From the NCBI GenBank assembly GCA_038087875.1, contig CM075994.1, positions 2,916,001-2,980,000 on the forward strand: a DNA stretch of 64,000 bases, in the 5' to 3' direction. Made by a program: the position numbers and the translations under genes. Of the stretch, positions 51,929 to 64,000 are shown piece by piece; positions within the stretch are counted from its first letter, which is position 1; each line of letters opens with the position of its first letter. A model generated the notes under the pieces. It had not been told where the DNA came from and did no database searches. It worked only from the letters and a program-made list of their open reading frames with translations. This DNA is from Malacoraja senta. Taxonomy: Eukaryota.

Positions 51929-54900
51929 AAATCCACGCGGTCACGGGGAGAATGTACAAACTCCATACAGACAGCACCTGTAGTCGTGATCGAACCAGGG
52001 TCTCTGGTATTGTAAGCGCTGTAAGGCCGCAACTCTACCACTGCACCACCATGCTGCACTGTGTTTATTGTGGTACTCATTTTATTGAGGCTTATGGCTG
52101 GCCAATTATTTAGACATTTTAGGTAGTTTAGTTTAGTTTAGTTTGATGACGTATAAAGCAGAAAAAGTGAAGCTCTTCATATCCACTCATTCATCTTTGT
52201 TTTCCAATATCATTTTATTTTATTAATAGAAAATAAACCACAATAGTTCTGCAAATGAGATTTTGCATTGTTTTCTCATCCTTTTACATTCTATTGACAA
52301 TAAACCCATCTTATCCAATCTACCCGTATAACTGCAGCCTTCCATTCAGGGTAATATCCTGGTGAATCTCTCCTCTACTCTCTCTCTATTGCCACCATAT
52401 CCTTCCTGTAATGTGGTGACCAGAACTGTACATAATACTCCAAGTGCAGTCTAATTAATGTGTTGTACATCTGCAGTATGATGTCCCAACTCTTAGATTA
52501 AAGATACAGCATGGAAACAGGTTCTTTGTTCCACTGAGTCCACGCCGACCCTTTCACATTAGTTCTACGTTATCCCACTTTCTCATCCACTCCCTACACA
52601 CTTTGGGACATGAAACCTACAAACCTGCACGACTTTGGGATGTGGGAGGAAACTGGTGCACCCAAGCACAGGGAGAACATGCAAACTCCACACATACAGC
52701 CAGCACCAAAATCAGGACCGAACCTAGGTCTCTGGCGCTGTGAGGCAGCAGCTCTACTGCGCCGTTTAGGGCTGTGGACGATTCAGCCAAAGTTAACCTG
52801 GTGAATGAAAAAACATGAAGCACACTAGGGCCGTAGGTCATCTCAGTGCGGTCATACACTTGTTTGGCAACAAACTAGGACCTGTGAGAATAAGGAGTAT
52901 AGATTAATTGCACTTCTGTTTGTTATGATTACAAACTACCAATTTTACAAACTAATGAGTAATTAACATAAAAAAGATAGAATGTTTGACCTTTGAGACT
53001 GCTGCCTCGGATTAGCATTTGCAAGCTGCATTGCCCTTATCTTGTCAATCCCTTAAGGAAGCCCAGTAGCCACAGATGAATGAGCTATTCTCTGTATGCT
53101 GCTGTCGTTTGGTTAATCATTTCCCCAACACACCAATTTATCTAACACTTCTGATTATTTTTTTTCTATTTTCACTCAGATGGTCGTGGATACATGGAAT
53201 GAGCTGCCTGAGAAAGTAGTTGAGGCAGGTACTGAAACTGCATTAAAAAGATACTTGGACAGGTGCATGGAAGGGAAAGATTTAGAGGGATATGTGCAAA
53301 ACAGGGGCAAATAGGACTAGTTTAGTTGGGGCATCTTGGTCGGCATGGATGGGTTGGGCTGTAGGCCCTGTTTCCCGCTTTAGTTTAGTTTGCAGACACA
53401 GCGTGGCAACAGGTCCTTCGGCCCACTCAGTCCATGCCGACCATCGATCACACATACACTAGTTCTATGTTATCCCATTTTCGCTCTATAGGGCAATTTA
53501 ACATTGAAACTTACCGAATAGTGAAAGGCCTGGAAAGAGTAGATGCAGAGAGGATGTGTCAACTAGTGGGAGAGTCTAGGACCAGAGGCCATAGCAGAAT
53601 AAAAGGACCTACCTTTAGAAAGGTGAGGAGGAATTTCTTTAGTCAGAGGGCGGTGAATCTGTGGAATTGATTGCCACAGATGGCTGTATTCTTCATTAGT
53701 AAGGGTGTCAGAGGTTATGGGGAGAATGCAGGAGAATGGGGTTGAGAGGGAAAGATAGATCAGCCATGATTGAATGGTGGAGTAGACTTGATGGGCCAAA
53801 TGCTCCTATGACATAAACTTCTGAACTCATGACCCAATTCCTCTGATCCATTGCATCCAAGTATCAAGACTAAAAATAACAGTCAATGAAAGATCACAGA
53901 AAAGAGGCTTTAAACTAAAGTTTACAGGCTTTCTCAATGTATAGCTTTACAGTGAAAAAGACAAAGATTAATGGCGATGTGTGGGGCAAGTTTTGTTTAC
54001 AAGGGGTGGGAGCTGAGAATGCGCTGCTAGGGGCGGTGGTGGATGGAGATACGTTACAGCCATTTAAGGATTTTTTGGATAGGCTCATGGATATGCAGGG
54101 AATGGAGGGATAGGCAGGTGCATGCAGGTGAGATTAGTTTAGCTTGGTATCATGTGCGGCACAGACATTGTGGGCCAAAGGATGTGTCCCTTTACTATAC
54201 TGTTGTATGTTTTATGTTTAGAATTTGGGTTTGGTTTTAGAGATGCAGCGTAAAAACAGGCCCTTCGGCCCACCGGGCTAATGCCGACCAGTGATGACAT
54301 ACACTGGTTCTATCCTACACCTTAGGGACAATTTGCAGAACAACTACAATAGTTACAACTAGAGAGCAGTCCTGAACTGCAACCTACCTCATTGGAGAGC
54401 CTCGGACTATCTTTGATCGGACTTTACTTGCTTTATCTTGCACTAAATGTTATTCACGTTATTCCCTTCATCATGTAACTGTACAAAGCGGACGGCTCAG
54501 TTGTAATCAGGCATTGTCTTTCCGCTGACTGGTTAGCACGCAGCAAAAGCTTTTCACTGTACCACGGTACACGTAACAATAAGCTAAACTCAAATTCAAA
54601 CTCAAAGAAGCTAATTAACCTACAAACCTGTATGTCTTCGGAAAGTGGGAGCAAACCGAAGCACTGGGAGAAAACCCACGAGGTCACAGGGGGAACGCAC
54701 AAACTCCGTACAGACAGCACCCATAGTCAGGATCAAACCCAGGTCTTTGGTGCAATAAGGCAGTGACTCTACTGCTGTGCACTGTGCCTATATTTGAAGG
54801 GGGGAAAAAACTGCTCAGAATTGCTTCTTAAGTTAGGATTAATTGAGTTAAGTGTTCAACAACATAGCCTAGGTTGTATTATTGACGGAAGGGGTGATGG

Positions 54901-56679
54901 GAGGATGCCTCGTTATATCCCCATATAAATGTTGACTCCAGCTCTCACCACAGCCGCTGTGATAATTTACAAGGAGCTGAAACTTTACGCTTTGTTTTAA
55001 GTAGGTTGAAAACAGTGAAGAGGCAAAAATAAACAGCAGACTTTTATTTTGTGTAACCCTTGCTGGGCTGACTTTGCAAGCCAATTCTTTATTTAATATG
55101 CAAGTTATTTGACACTACTGGAGGAACAGTGATACTTATAGAAAGACAGATGGGGCAACTTAGTAAATAAGCAATAAGATCCTGATCAAAGTGTCATTAA
55201 TCTCAGTTAAATAAAGGTACTGGATCCTGTGACTTTCAAAATAAAAGAAGTCAAGGTAATGCATTAAATATGGCTTGGGGCTGTCTCAGGAAAGACTGGT
55301 TGAGATGATACTAAAACTGGCCTCACCTTCCTCAGCCTAAGGACCGAGCCAACCCATCCAGGTTCCTTTCCTAGTGACCATCCAATGACCCCTGCAGGAA
55401 AGTACACTATTCATATTGGTTGATCATAGTCCAATCGTCAACTGTATCTGTTAACAGGTTAATGAAGCTCACATCCACGACTGTAAAATTGACATCCCAG
55501 CTTTGCTTAGCATCTTCAAGAGGTAGAGTCATTCAGCATGGAAACAGGCCCTTCAGCCCAACTTGCCCATGCTGGCCATGATGCCCATCTACACTAGTCC
55601 CACCTGCCTGTGTTTGGCTATAAACCTTTCCTATCCTAGGCCTGGATAAAGTGGGTGTGAAGAGGATGTTTCCACTGGTGAGAGAAAAGGGATGTTTCCA
55701 TTAGTGGGAGAGTCTAGGACCAGACGCCATTGTCTCAGAATAAAAGGACGTACCTTTAGAAAGGAGAGAAGGAGGAATTTCTTTTGTCAGAGGGTGATGA
55801 ATCCGTGGAATTCATTGCCGTGTAGGCTTCAGTAGATAGTTAAGCCGGAGATTGACTGATCCTTGATTAGTATGGGTATCATGGGTTATGGGGAGAAGGA
55901 ATGGGGTTGAGAAGAAGGATAGATCAGCCATGAATGAATGGCGGAGTAGATGTGATGGGCCGAATGGCCTAATTCTTCTCCTATAACTTATGAAATAAGT
56001 CCATAGAAATTCATAGTTGAGGTTAAGAATGTTCAAGAGTTCAAGAGCGTCTAATTTAGTTTAGTTTAGAGATACAGCGCGGGTACAGGCCCTTTGGCCC
56101 ACTGAGTCTGCACCGACCAACGATCCCCACACATTAGCACACCAGGGACAATTTACACTAATACCAAGTATACAACCCTAGCCAATTAATCTATAAACCT
56201 GTACGTTTTTGGAATGTGGAAACCGAAGATCTCGGAGAAAACCCACGTGGTCACGGATAGAACGTATAAAACTCCGTACGGACAGCACCCCGTAGATGGG
56301 ATCGAACCCAGGTCACTGGCGCTGTAAGGCAGCAACTCTACCGCTGTGCCATCATGCTGCCCTTGTCATATAATTGGCAAACAATTGTTATATGTAACCT
56401 GAAAAGGGACAATGATATCCCTACTTGCAGCAGTATCACAGGTCTGTAAACACCGTACCTCACATATAGTTGTTCAGCTCAACTTGCCCACGCCGACTAA
56501 CATGCCTCATCTACGCTAGTCCCTATGCCTGTGTTTGGCCCACATCCCCATAAACCTATCCTTTCACGTACCTGTCCAAATGTTATTTAAACATTGTGAA
56601 AATATCTGCGTCAAATACCTCCTCTGACAACTCCTTCCATACACCTACCACCCTTTGTGTAAACAATGTTCCAATTTAA

Positions 56680-56920
56680 GGGCCTGTCCCACAGTGTTTT
56701 TTTCGGCGACTGCCGGCATCATTGACTGACGTATCAGGTCACCGAAAAATTTGCGGCGTGATGCGGTGTAACGCGGCGTGATGATGTATGACGCGCGGTT
56801 GTTTTTCAAGTGTCGCTACATTTTATTTGTCGCGGCTGGATTTTGAAATGTTCAAAATCTTTTGGCGACACTGATATGATGCCGGCAGTCGCCGAAAAAA
56901 GCGCCAAGTGGGACAGGCCC
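56680..56920. mobile_element. MITE (non-autonomous DNA transposon) with long imperfect TIRs, flanked by TTAA
   Basis: TTAA|GGGCCTGTCCCAC...ttttttcggcgactgccggcatcat and atgatgccggcagtcgccgaaaaaa...GTGGGACAGGCCC|TTAA; it interrupts a CR1 fragment. Confidence 0.9.
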
Positions 56921-59900
56921 TTAAATCTTTCCCACCTCACCTTAAATCTATGTACTCTAGTTGTTGATTCCCCTACTCTAGGTAAAAGAATCTGTGCATT
57001 TACCCGATCTAATCCTCTCATGATCTTATACACCTCTAAAAGATCACCCCTCATCCTCCAAAGTCCCAACCTGCACAACCTCTCCTTATAGCTCAAGCCC
57101 TCGAGTCCTGGCAATATCCTCATTATGACAAGTAACTGATTTATTTGATTGGGTCAGAGTCCAACATTGTCCTGGCTTCCCCTAGAAATGAGCTCTTCTG
57201 GGACAATGTAGACCTGGTTCTCCTTCAAGAATGACTCATGCTTGGAAATAGCTGGTTTAATTTATCAAAATAAATTAAAAAATAATCCAGAAATGATCTT
57301 CACTCTGGCAGTACAAGAATCAACTTCTATTTGTGTAATATCACGAGTCAAGTCAAGTGAGTCAAGAGTATTTTATTGTCATACATACTGAAACAGAACA
57401 ACAACATTCTCTCTTGCAGCAGCAGACCAGGATTGTAACCACAGTAATCAATAAATAATATAATGAATAAATGTTTAAAAAAAAGGAAGTTCAATAACTA
57501 AAAAAACAATATAATACAAAAAACAAAACAAAAAAAAGCCTGAAGTCCCTAGTGCGACTCAGGCAGTTTGGAGTTCAGAGTTTAGTTGGAGTTCGTAGTG
57601 TTCAATAGCCTGATGGTCATTGAGAACAAGCTGCTCCGGTTATAGTTTTCAGGCTCCTATACCTTCTTCTCGGTAGCAAGAGTGCAATGAGAGCGTGGTC
57701 AGTGTGATGAGGGTCCTTGATGATGCTGGCTGCATTTTTGAGATGGTGCCTCTTATGGTGGTGAGGTCCATACCCATGGTGCACCGTAATTAATTTTAGT
57801 TTAGTTTTGAGATGCAGCACAGAAACAGGCCCATCGGCCCACGGTCCGCGTCGACCAGCAATTTCCATACACTAATGCTATCCTACACAATAGGGACAAT
57901 TTACAATTATTACCAAAGCCAATTAATCTACAAACCTGAAGGCAGACACAGAAATCTGGAGTAAATCAGCGGGACAGGCAGCATCTCTGGAGAGAAGGAA
58001 TGGGTGAGGTTTCGGGTCAAGACCTTTCTTCAGACCTACAACCTGTATATCTTTGGTATGCGGAAGGAAACCGGAGCACCGGGGAAAAACCCACGCGGTC
58101 ACGGGGAGAACGTACAAACTCCGTACAAACCCGGGACTCTAGCGCTGCAAGGCAGCAACTCCACCGCTGTGCCGTCGTGCAGCCCAAATTTCTAAGCAAT
58201 AAGTCCTAACAATTAGTAAAGTTTACTTTGAAGGCAAGATTATACCTGATTAATTTATATTGCAATTAAAAGGACAGAAGATTTGTTTTCAGAAGAAAAT
58301 ACTCAGGTATTCAAAAATATATTTTAAAATAATGAATTAAAAGTAGAATAAAATCAGTCAGAGATCTCTGCCTGAGACAATTAATTAGGGATATTTAACG
58401 CAATATATATATTTTTATTTTACTCTGCTTTACTTTTAAAGAGTACTACAAATCTCTGAGAAAAATTAGAAAAAGTGAAGAAGAGTCCTGACACAAAACT
58501 TTGCGTTTTGATCAAAATTCCAACATCTTCAATTTCTTGGGTCTCCATACTAGATCATGTTTTAAACCTTATTTTCGCATCGTGCCTCAAAGGGCTTTCA
58601 ATACAGTCAGTTCATTTTTAGGTTTGGATTTAGGTTTATTATTGTCGGGTGCACTGGGGTACAGTGAAAAGATTTGTTTTGCATGATATCCAGTCAGATC
58701 AGGTACTACGAAACTTAAATACAATCGTCAAACTCGTACAATAGATAGATCAAAGGAAAGGATACATTTAACATATCCTTAGGTGCCTTGTGCCATTACG
58801 ATTCTTAAATTTCTTAAATTATATTCTAAATTTCCTTTAGAATGTCCTTAACAGGGCTTTAGAAATGCTATTTATTTTTTAGCTTGGGCTTACTAGAATA
58901 ACTCGACTGATTAAACCATTGGAGTCATATAAGAGAAAATACTGGACATGTTCATCAAATCAGGCAGCATCTGTGGAGAAAGTAAACAGAGTTAATGTGA
59001 AATAAATGATAGTTCATCAACAACCTGAAAGGTGAATCATCCTCAATAATTCCAGCCTTTTTTACTTGACTTTAGTTTACGTCACGTGTATCAAGGTACA
59101 GTGAAACTTAATAACATCTGAAAGATTCGTTTGTTAATTAAATATCGCAATTAATTTACTATTGCAATATTTAAGAAACATTTAGGCAGGTACATGGTTA
59201 GGATAGGTTTAGAGGGATATGGGACAAACGCAGGCAGGTGGGACCCAGTGTAGATGGGGCATCTTAGTCGTTGTGGACAAGTTGTGCCAAAGAACCTGTT
59301 TCCACACTGTATCACTCTATGAGTCTATGACTCTATAACAATTAAAAAGGATTAATGCATTGATATTTTGAGTAAACTAAATGCAATGAGTAATTAGTTC
59401 ATTATATTTGTTTATAGTCTCTTGCTGTTTTGAACCAATGTAAAACAATTACACCAATATATGCTGCCTTGCCATGCAACTGAAGCACCTGACTTTATTA
59501 AATCAATGTTGTCCAGGTTCAATTTTGATATGAAAGAAACATTCAGCTATGATTGAATGGCATAGTAAACTTGATGAGCCGAATGAACTAATTCTGCTCC
59601 TATAACTTATGAATTATTCGGTTTTCTGCTACTAAAGTAATCAACCTATCGAAGGAGACCAAATTCAGTGGCTTCTCATTCTTTGTCCATAGCTTCTTCC
59701 AATCCCATTAAATCCATTTTAATATTGTTTTGTGTCGTGATCAAGTGAAAGATAAATGACACAAACCCAGTTGTCTATGACTATTTTAACACATTTTAAT
59801 GTCAATTGCGCCTCCATTAATCTGTCTTTAACTTACAGGTATATACAATAGATAAGATAGACACAAGTCTGCGGCAACTCAGCGGGTCAGGCAGCATCTC

Positions 59901-60214
59901 TGGAGAAAAAGGATGGGTCACATTAGTTCCTATTAGTTCCAATAGGACAAATAAATTTGAACTTTGAACTTCCAGAAACAAAGAACTGCAGATGTTGATT
60001 TGTACCAAAGATAGACACAAGGTGCTGGAGTATCTCAGTGGGTTAGGCAGCATCTCTGGAGAAAAAAGATGGGTGACATCTTGGGTCGGGACCCTTCTTC
60101 CGACTGAAAGTAGGGGGTAAGGGAGGAGGGAGGTGAAGAGCTGGAGGCGAGAAAAGAACAGGACCAATCAGGGCAATTGTCAATGCATTCGCCATCATTA
60201 AGATTCAATATTAC

Positions 60215-60825
60215 AGTCATAGTCATAGAGTGATACAGTGTGGAAACGGGCCCTTCGGCCCAACTTGCCCACACCTGCCAACATGTCCATGCTACACTAG
60301 TCCCACCTGCCAGCATTTGGTCCATATCTGTCCAAACCTGTCCTATAGATACATCCACCACCCTTTGTGTGAAAATGTTACCCCTCAGAAACTCTGTGCA
60401 TCTACCCGATCTATTCCTCTCGTGATCTTATACGCTCTATAAGATCACCCCTCATCCTCCTGCACTCCAACGAATAGAGTCCTAGCCTATTCAACCTCTG
60501 CCTATAGCTCAGACCCTCTAGTCCTGGCAACATCCTCGGAAATCTTCCCTGTACCCTTTCCAGCTTGACAACATCTTTCCTAATAACACGGTGCCCAGAA
60601 CTGAACACAATACTCAAAATGTGGCCTCACCAATGTATTATACAACTGCAACATGACCTCCCAACTTCTATACACAATACTCTGGCTGATGAAGGCCAAT
60701 GTGCCAAAAGGCTTTTTGACCACCCAATCTACTTGCGACTCCACCTTCAGGGAGCTGTGCACCTAGATCCCTCTGCTCTACAACACTACCCAGAGCCCGA
60801 CCATTAACTGTGTTGGTCCAGCCTA
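60215..60825 (-). mobile_element. CR1-clade LINE 3' fragment
   Basis: LYNTLVRPHFEYCVQFWAP and LERVQGRFPRMLPGLEGLSY peptides; (ctatga)n tail. Confidence 0.85.
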
Positions 60826-60924
60826 TGTTAAACTTTGTTGAGTCGTAGAGTCATACAGAGTGGAAACAGGCACCTCGGCTCAACTTGCCCAAAGATTTCC
60901 TCAAACTTCCACACATGGACTGTA

Positions 60925-61225
60925 GAAAGTATTCTTACAGTATGCATCTGATATGGCAACTGCTCTGCTCTGGACCACCTGAACCTGCAGAGAGTGGTGA
61001 ACACAGCCCAGTCCATCACAGACTCGTTGTTTCCTTCCATCCAGTCAATCTTCACTGTGCATTGCATCAGGAAGGCTGGAGGTATCGTCATAGGTACCCA
61101 TCACTCTGACCATTCCCTTTTCTCTCTTCTACCTTCTGGAAGAAGGTACAGGAGCTTGAAGGATTGGATGTCCAGACTTAAGAACAACTTCTTCCCCACT
61201 GCAATCTGCATTCTGAATCAATCAC
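60925..61225 (+). mobile_element. Older Rex1/Babar-type 3' fragment, tail-to-tail with the neighbouring copy
   Basis: VNTAQSIT...LFSLLPSGRRYRSLK...RLKNNFFPTAI peptide. Confidence 0.75.
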
Positions 61226-61259
61226 CTATTTCAGACCCACTTCCCAGACGTTTATTGTT

Positions 61260-62252
61260 TAGATTCAAGATTCAAGAGAGTTTATTGTCATGTGTTCCTG
61301 ATAGGACTATGAAATTCTTGCTTTGCTTCAGCATAACAGAACATAGTAGGCATGACTACAGAACAGATCAGTGTGTCCAGATACCATTCTATAAATATAT
61401 ACACACATGAATAAATAAACTGATAAAGTGCAAATAAACAGATAATGGGCTATTAATGTTCAGAGTTTTGTCCGAGCCAAGTTAAATAGCCTGATGGCTG
61501 TGGGGAAGTAGCTATTCCTGAACCTGGTCATTGCAGTCTTCAGGCTCCTGTACCTTCTACCTGAAGGCAGCGGGGAGATGAGTGTGTGGCCAGGATGGTG
61601 TGGGTCCTTGATGATACTGCCAGCCTTTTTGAGGCACCGACTGCGATAGATCCCCTCGATGGAAGGGAGGTCAGAGCCGATGATGGACTGGGCAGTGTTT
61701 ACTACTTTTTGTAGTCTTTTCCTCTCCAGAGCGCTCAAGTTGCCGAACCAAGTAACGATGCAACCAGTCAGCATGCTCTCTACTGTGCACCTGTAGAAGT
61801 TAGAGAGAGTCCTCCTTGACAAACTGACTCTCCGTAATCTTCTCAGGAAGTAGAGGTGCTGATGTGCTTTCTTAATGATTGCATCAGAGTTCTCGGACAG
61901 GAAAGATCTTCAGAGATATGCACGCCCAGGAATTTGAAGCTCTTGACCCTTTCAACCATCGACCTATTGATATAAACGGGACCGTGGGTCCCCATCCTAC
62001 TCCTTCCAAAGTCCACAATCAGTTCCTTGGTTTTGCTGGTGTTGAGGGCCAGTTTATTGTGCTGGCACCATATGGACAGTCGCTCGATCTCTTTTCTATA
62101 CTCTGACTCATTCCCATCAGTGATATGTTCCACAACAGTGGTGTCGTCAGCGAACTTGATGATGGAGTTCGCACTATGACCGGCTACGCAGTCATGAGTA
62201 TAGAGTGAGTACAGTAGTGGGCTGAGCACGCAGCCTTGAGGTGCTCCCGTGC
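61260..62252 (-). mobile_element. Rex1/Babar-type non-LTR retrotransposon, 5'-truncated
   Basis: GAPQGCVLSPLLYSLYTHDC...IIKFADDTTVV RT motifs, LALNTSKTKELIVDF, FYRCTVESMLTGCI..WFG and RFRNSYFPTAIRL; (tcttgaa)n tail near 61262. Confidence 0.88.
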
Positions 62253-62999
62253 TTAGAGTTTAGAGTTTAAAGATACGACATGGAAACAGGCCCTTTGGCC
62301 CACCGAATCCACGCCAACCATCGATCACCCGTTCATGCTAGTTCTACATTACCCCACTATCGCACCCACTCTTTACACACGAGGGAGCAATTTACAGAGT
62401 CCGATTAACCTACAAACCTGCACGTCTTTGAGATGTGGGAGGAAACTAGAGCACCCACATTCAGGCAACCCACATGTTCACAGCGAGAATGTGCAAACTC
62501 CACACAGACAACACCTGTGGTCAGGATCGAACCAGGGTTTTGCGTGCTGAGAGGCAGCAGCTCTATCAGCTGCACCACAGTGTGGTCCAAGGTGTGGCCA
62601 AATATTCTCATTCTTAACTCCACCTCATTCAGCTATTCTGATATCGTACTTTAATACTTTTTGCAAACAATTTGCATTGTACTACAATCTTATTCCATTC
62701 TGCTTTTGCACTCGTCATTGCATTTATTATATTTATCACTGTTCTATGTGTACTGTTTACTTTGTGTGCTTCATGTAACTAATGAATCGCCCCTTGATGT
62801 GGAAGTTAATAAACTAATTTGAATCTGAATCTGATGTTCCTACATAGCGCTTTAAAAAACCATCTGAAGTTCTTAGTAAAGACACAAAATGCTGAAGTAA
62901 CTCAATGGGTCAGGAAGCATCCCCAGAGAACGTGGACGGATGATGTTTCGGGTCGGTACCCTTCTTCAGACTAGTAAAGTGTTCCAGAAAATACAGCAT

Positions 63000-63322
63000 A
63001 GTTTAGTGTAGAGATACAGCGTGGCAATAGGCCCTTCGGCCCACCAGGTCTGCACCGACCATCGATCAACTGTTCACTAGGTGAATGTTATCCCAATTTC
63101 ACATCCACTCCCCACATACGAGGGACAATTTACAGCAGCCAATTAACCTACAAATCTGCACATCTTTCGAAAGTGGGAGGAAACAGGAGTACTCAGAGCA
63201 AACCCACATGGTCATACGGGGAACGTACAAACTCCGTACAGACAGCACCCGTAGTCAGGATTGAACCTGGGTCTCTGTTGCTGTAAGGCAGCAACTCTAC
63301 CGCTGCGCCACTGTGCTGCCCC
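63000..63322 (-). mobile_element. tRNA-derived V-SINE (HE1-like); further copies near 165-425, 17843-18100, 20135-20430, 50438-50740, 56055-56362 and 62265-62583
   Basis: Reverse complement of the same SINE, near full length. Confidence 0.85.
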
Positions 63323-63510
63323 AATTCATCATTCATAGGATTAATTATCTCTTTCCAGTGTTCAGACTCACATAGTCACACTGCAAGATCAGAATGTAAA
63401 TCAAAGAGAATGATTTGAATGTATCAAACTCACACATTTAGCAATCAGTATGCAATCTACATACAGCATGGGAACAGGCCCTTCGGCCCAACTTGCCCAC
63501 ACTAACCAAC

Positions 63511-63955
63511 CAGTGCCGGATTTAGATGAAGACAGGCCCTAGGCTATTCCACTTGTGAGGCCCCTCCCAATCCCCCACCACAGCTTTGAAGTTAACATTT
63601 GTCCTCGCTTTCTTGTTAAGTAGGTCAACATGCCATTCCTGTGCTTCTCTGAGTTTTCATGAGTTTGGATAAGACAGGGGTTTTGCCAATCATCAAACCC
63701 TTCAGAAGCTAAAGATGTTGCAGAAGATTAAATGTTTGGAAAGAGTTACAAACAAAGCAATATACAGTATCTGGCCTTTTGAGGGAGAATACACAAGCCA
63801 CTCTCGGCTATATGTTTCTCCATTGACTTTTGTTGAATAAAAAAGAGCGTTTGTGGTAAAACCTAGACTGCTTTTTATACACTCGCTTGGAATTTGAAAA
63901 TGGTCCACAATGATGCTGAACTTGAGAGAGGCCCCTTTCTACCCAATAGGATATG
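63511..63955 (-). mobile_element. hAT-type DNA transposon remnant (TTF zinc-finger region of the transposase plus one terminus)
   Basis: Minus-strand peptide FYSTKVNGETYSREWLVYSPSKG resembles the ZnF-TTF region of hAT/ZMYM1-like transposases. CAGTGCCGGATTTA at 63511 resembles a hAT terminus and truncates a CR1 tail. Confidence 0.6.
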
Positions 63956-64000
63956 TTACAGTTGAAGGGTTTCGGCCCAAAACGTTGCCTATTTCCTTCG

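Noticed and set aside
57150..57255. Minus-strand open frame ISKHESFLKENQVYIVPEEL as an exon
   Set aside because: Short, poor splice signals, not recognised.

Overview
Repeat-dense vertebrate DNA. The repeat families (HE1-type V-SINEs, CR1, Rex1/Babar, Penelope) point to a cartilaginous fish, probably a skate or ray (inference). There is one clear gene, an intronless FoxG-family forkhead factor (32025-33116, minus strand). It is diverged enough from canonical FoxG1 to suggest a FoxG2/FoxG3-type paralog. It has a CCAAT promoter and a 3' UTR with miR-9, Pumilio and AU-rich motifs, and lies in an insertion-free, CpG-retaining zone. The most striking non-gene signal is roughly 25 dispersed copies (counted by eye) of a Penelope terminal repeat carrying a minimal hammerhead ribozyme core (CTGAAGA-A-GGGTYYCGRCCC-GAAA-CG-TH). 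Many form fold-back pairs whose junctions sit at or next to the ribozyme. Other features: a nested CR1/Tc1/L1 insertion with a clear TSD, a TTAA-flanked MITE, a hAT remnant, an old local duplication and a possible unannotated exon near 49.6 kb. The FoxG contig (663-40897) sits between two 200-N gaps whose outer flanks overlap by at least 462 identical bases, so its placement may be an assembly artefact. Repeat boundaries are approximate, and no searches or counts were computed.
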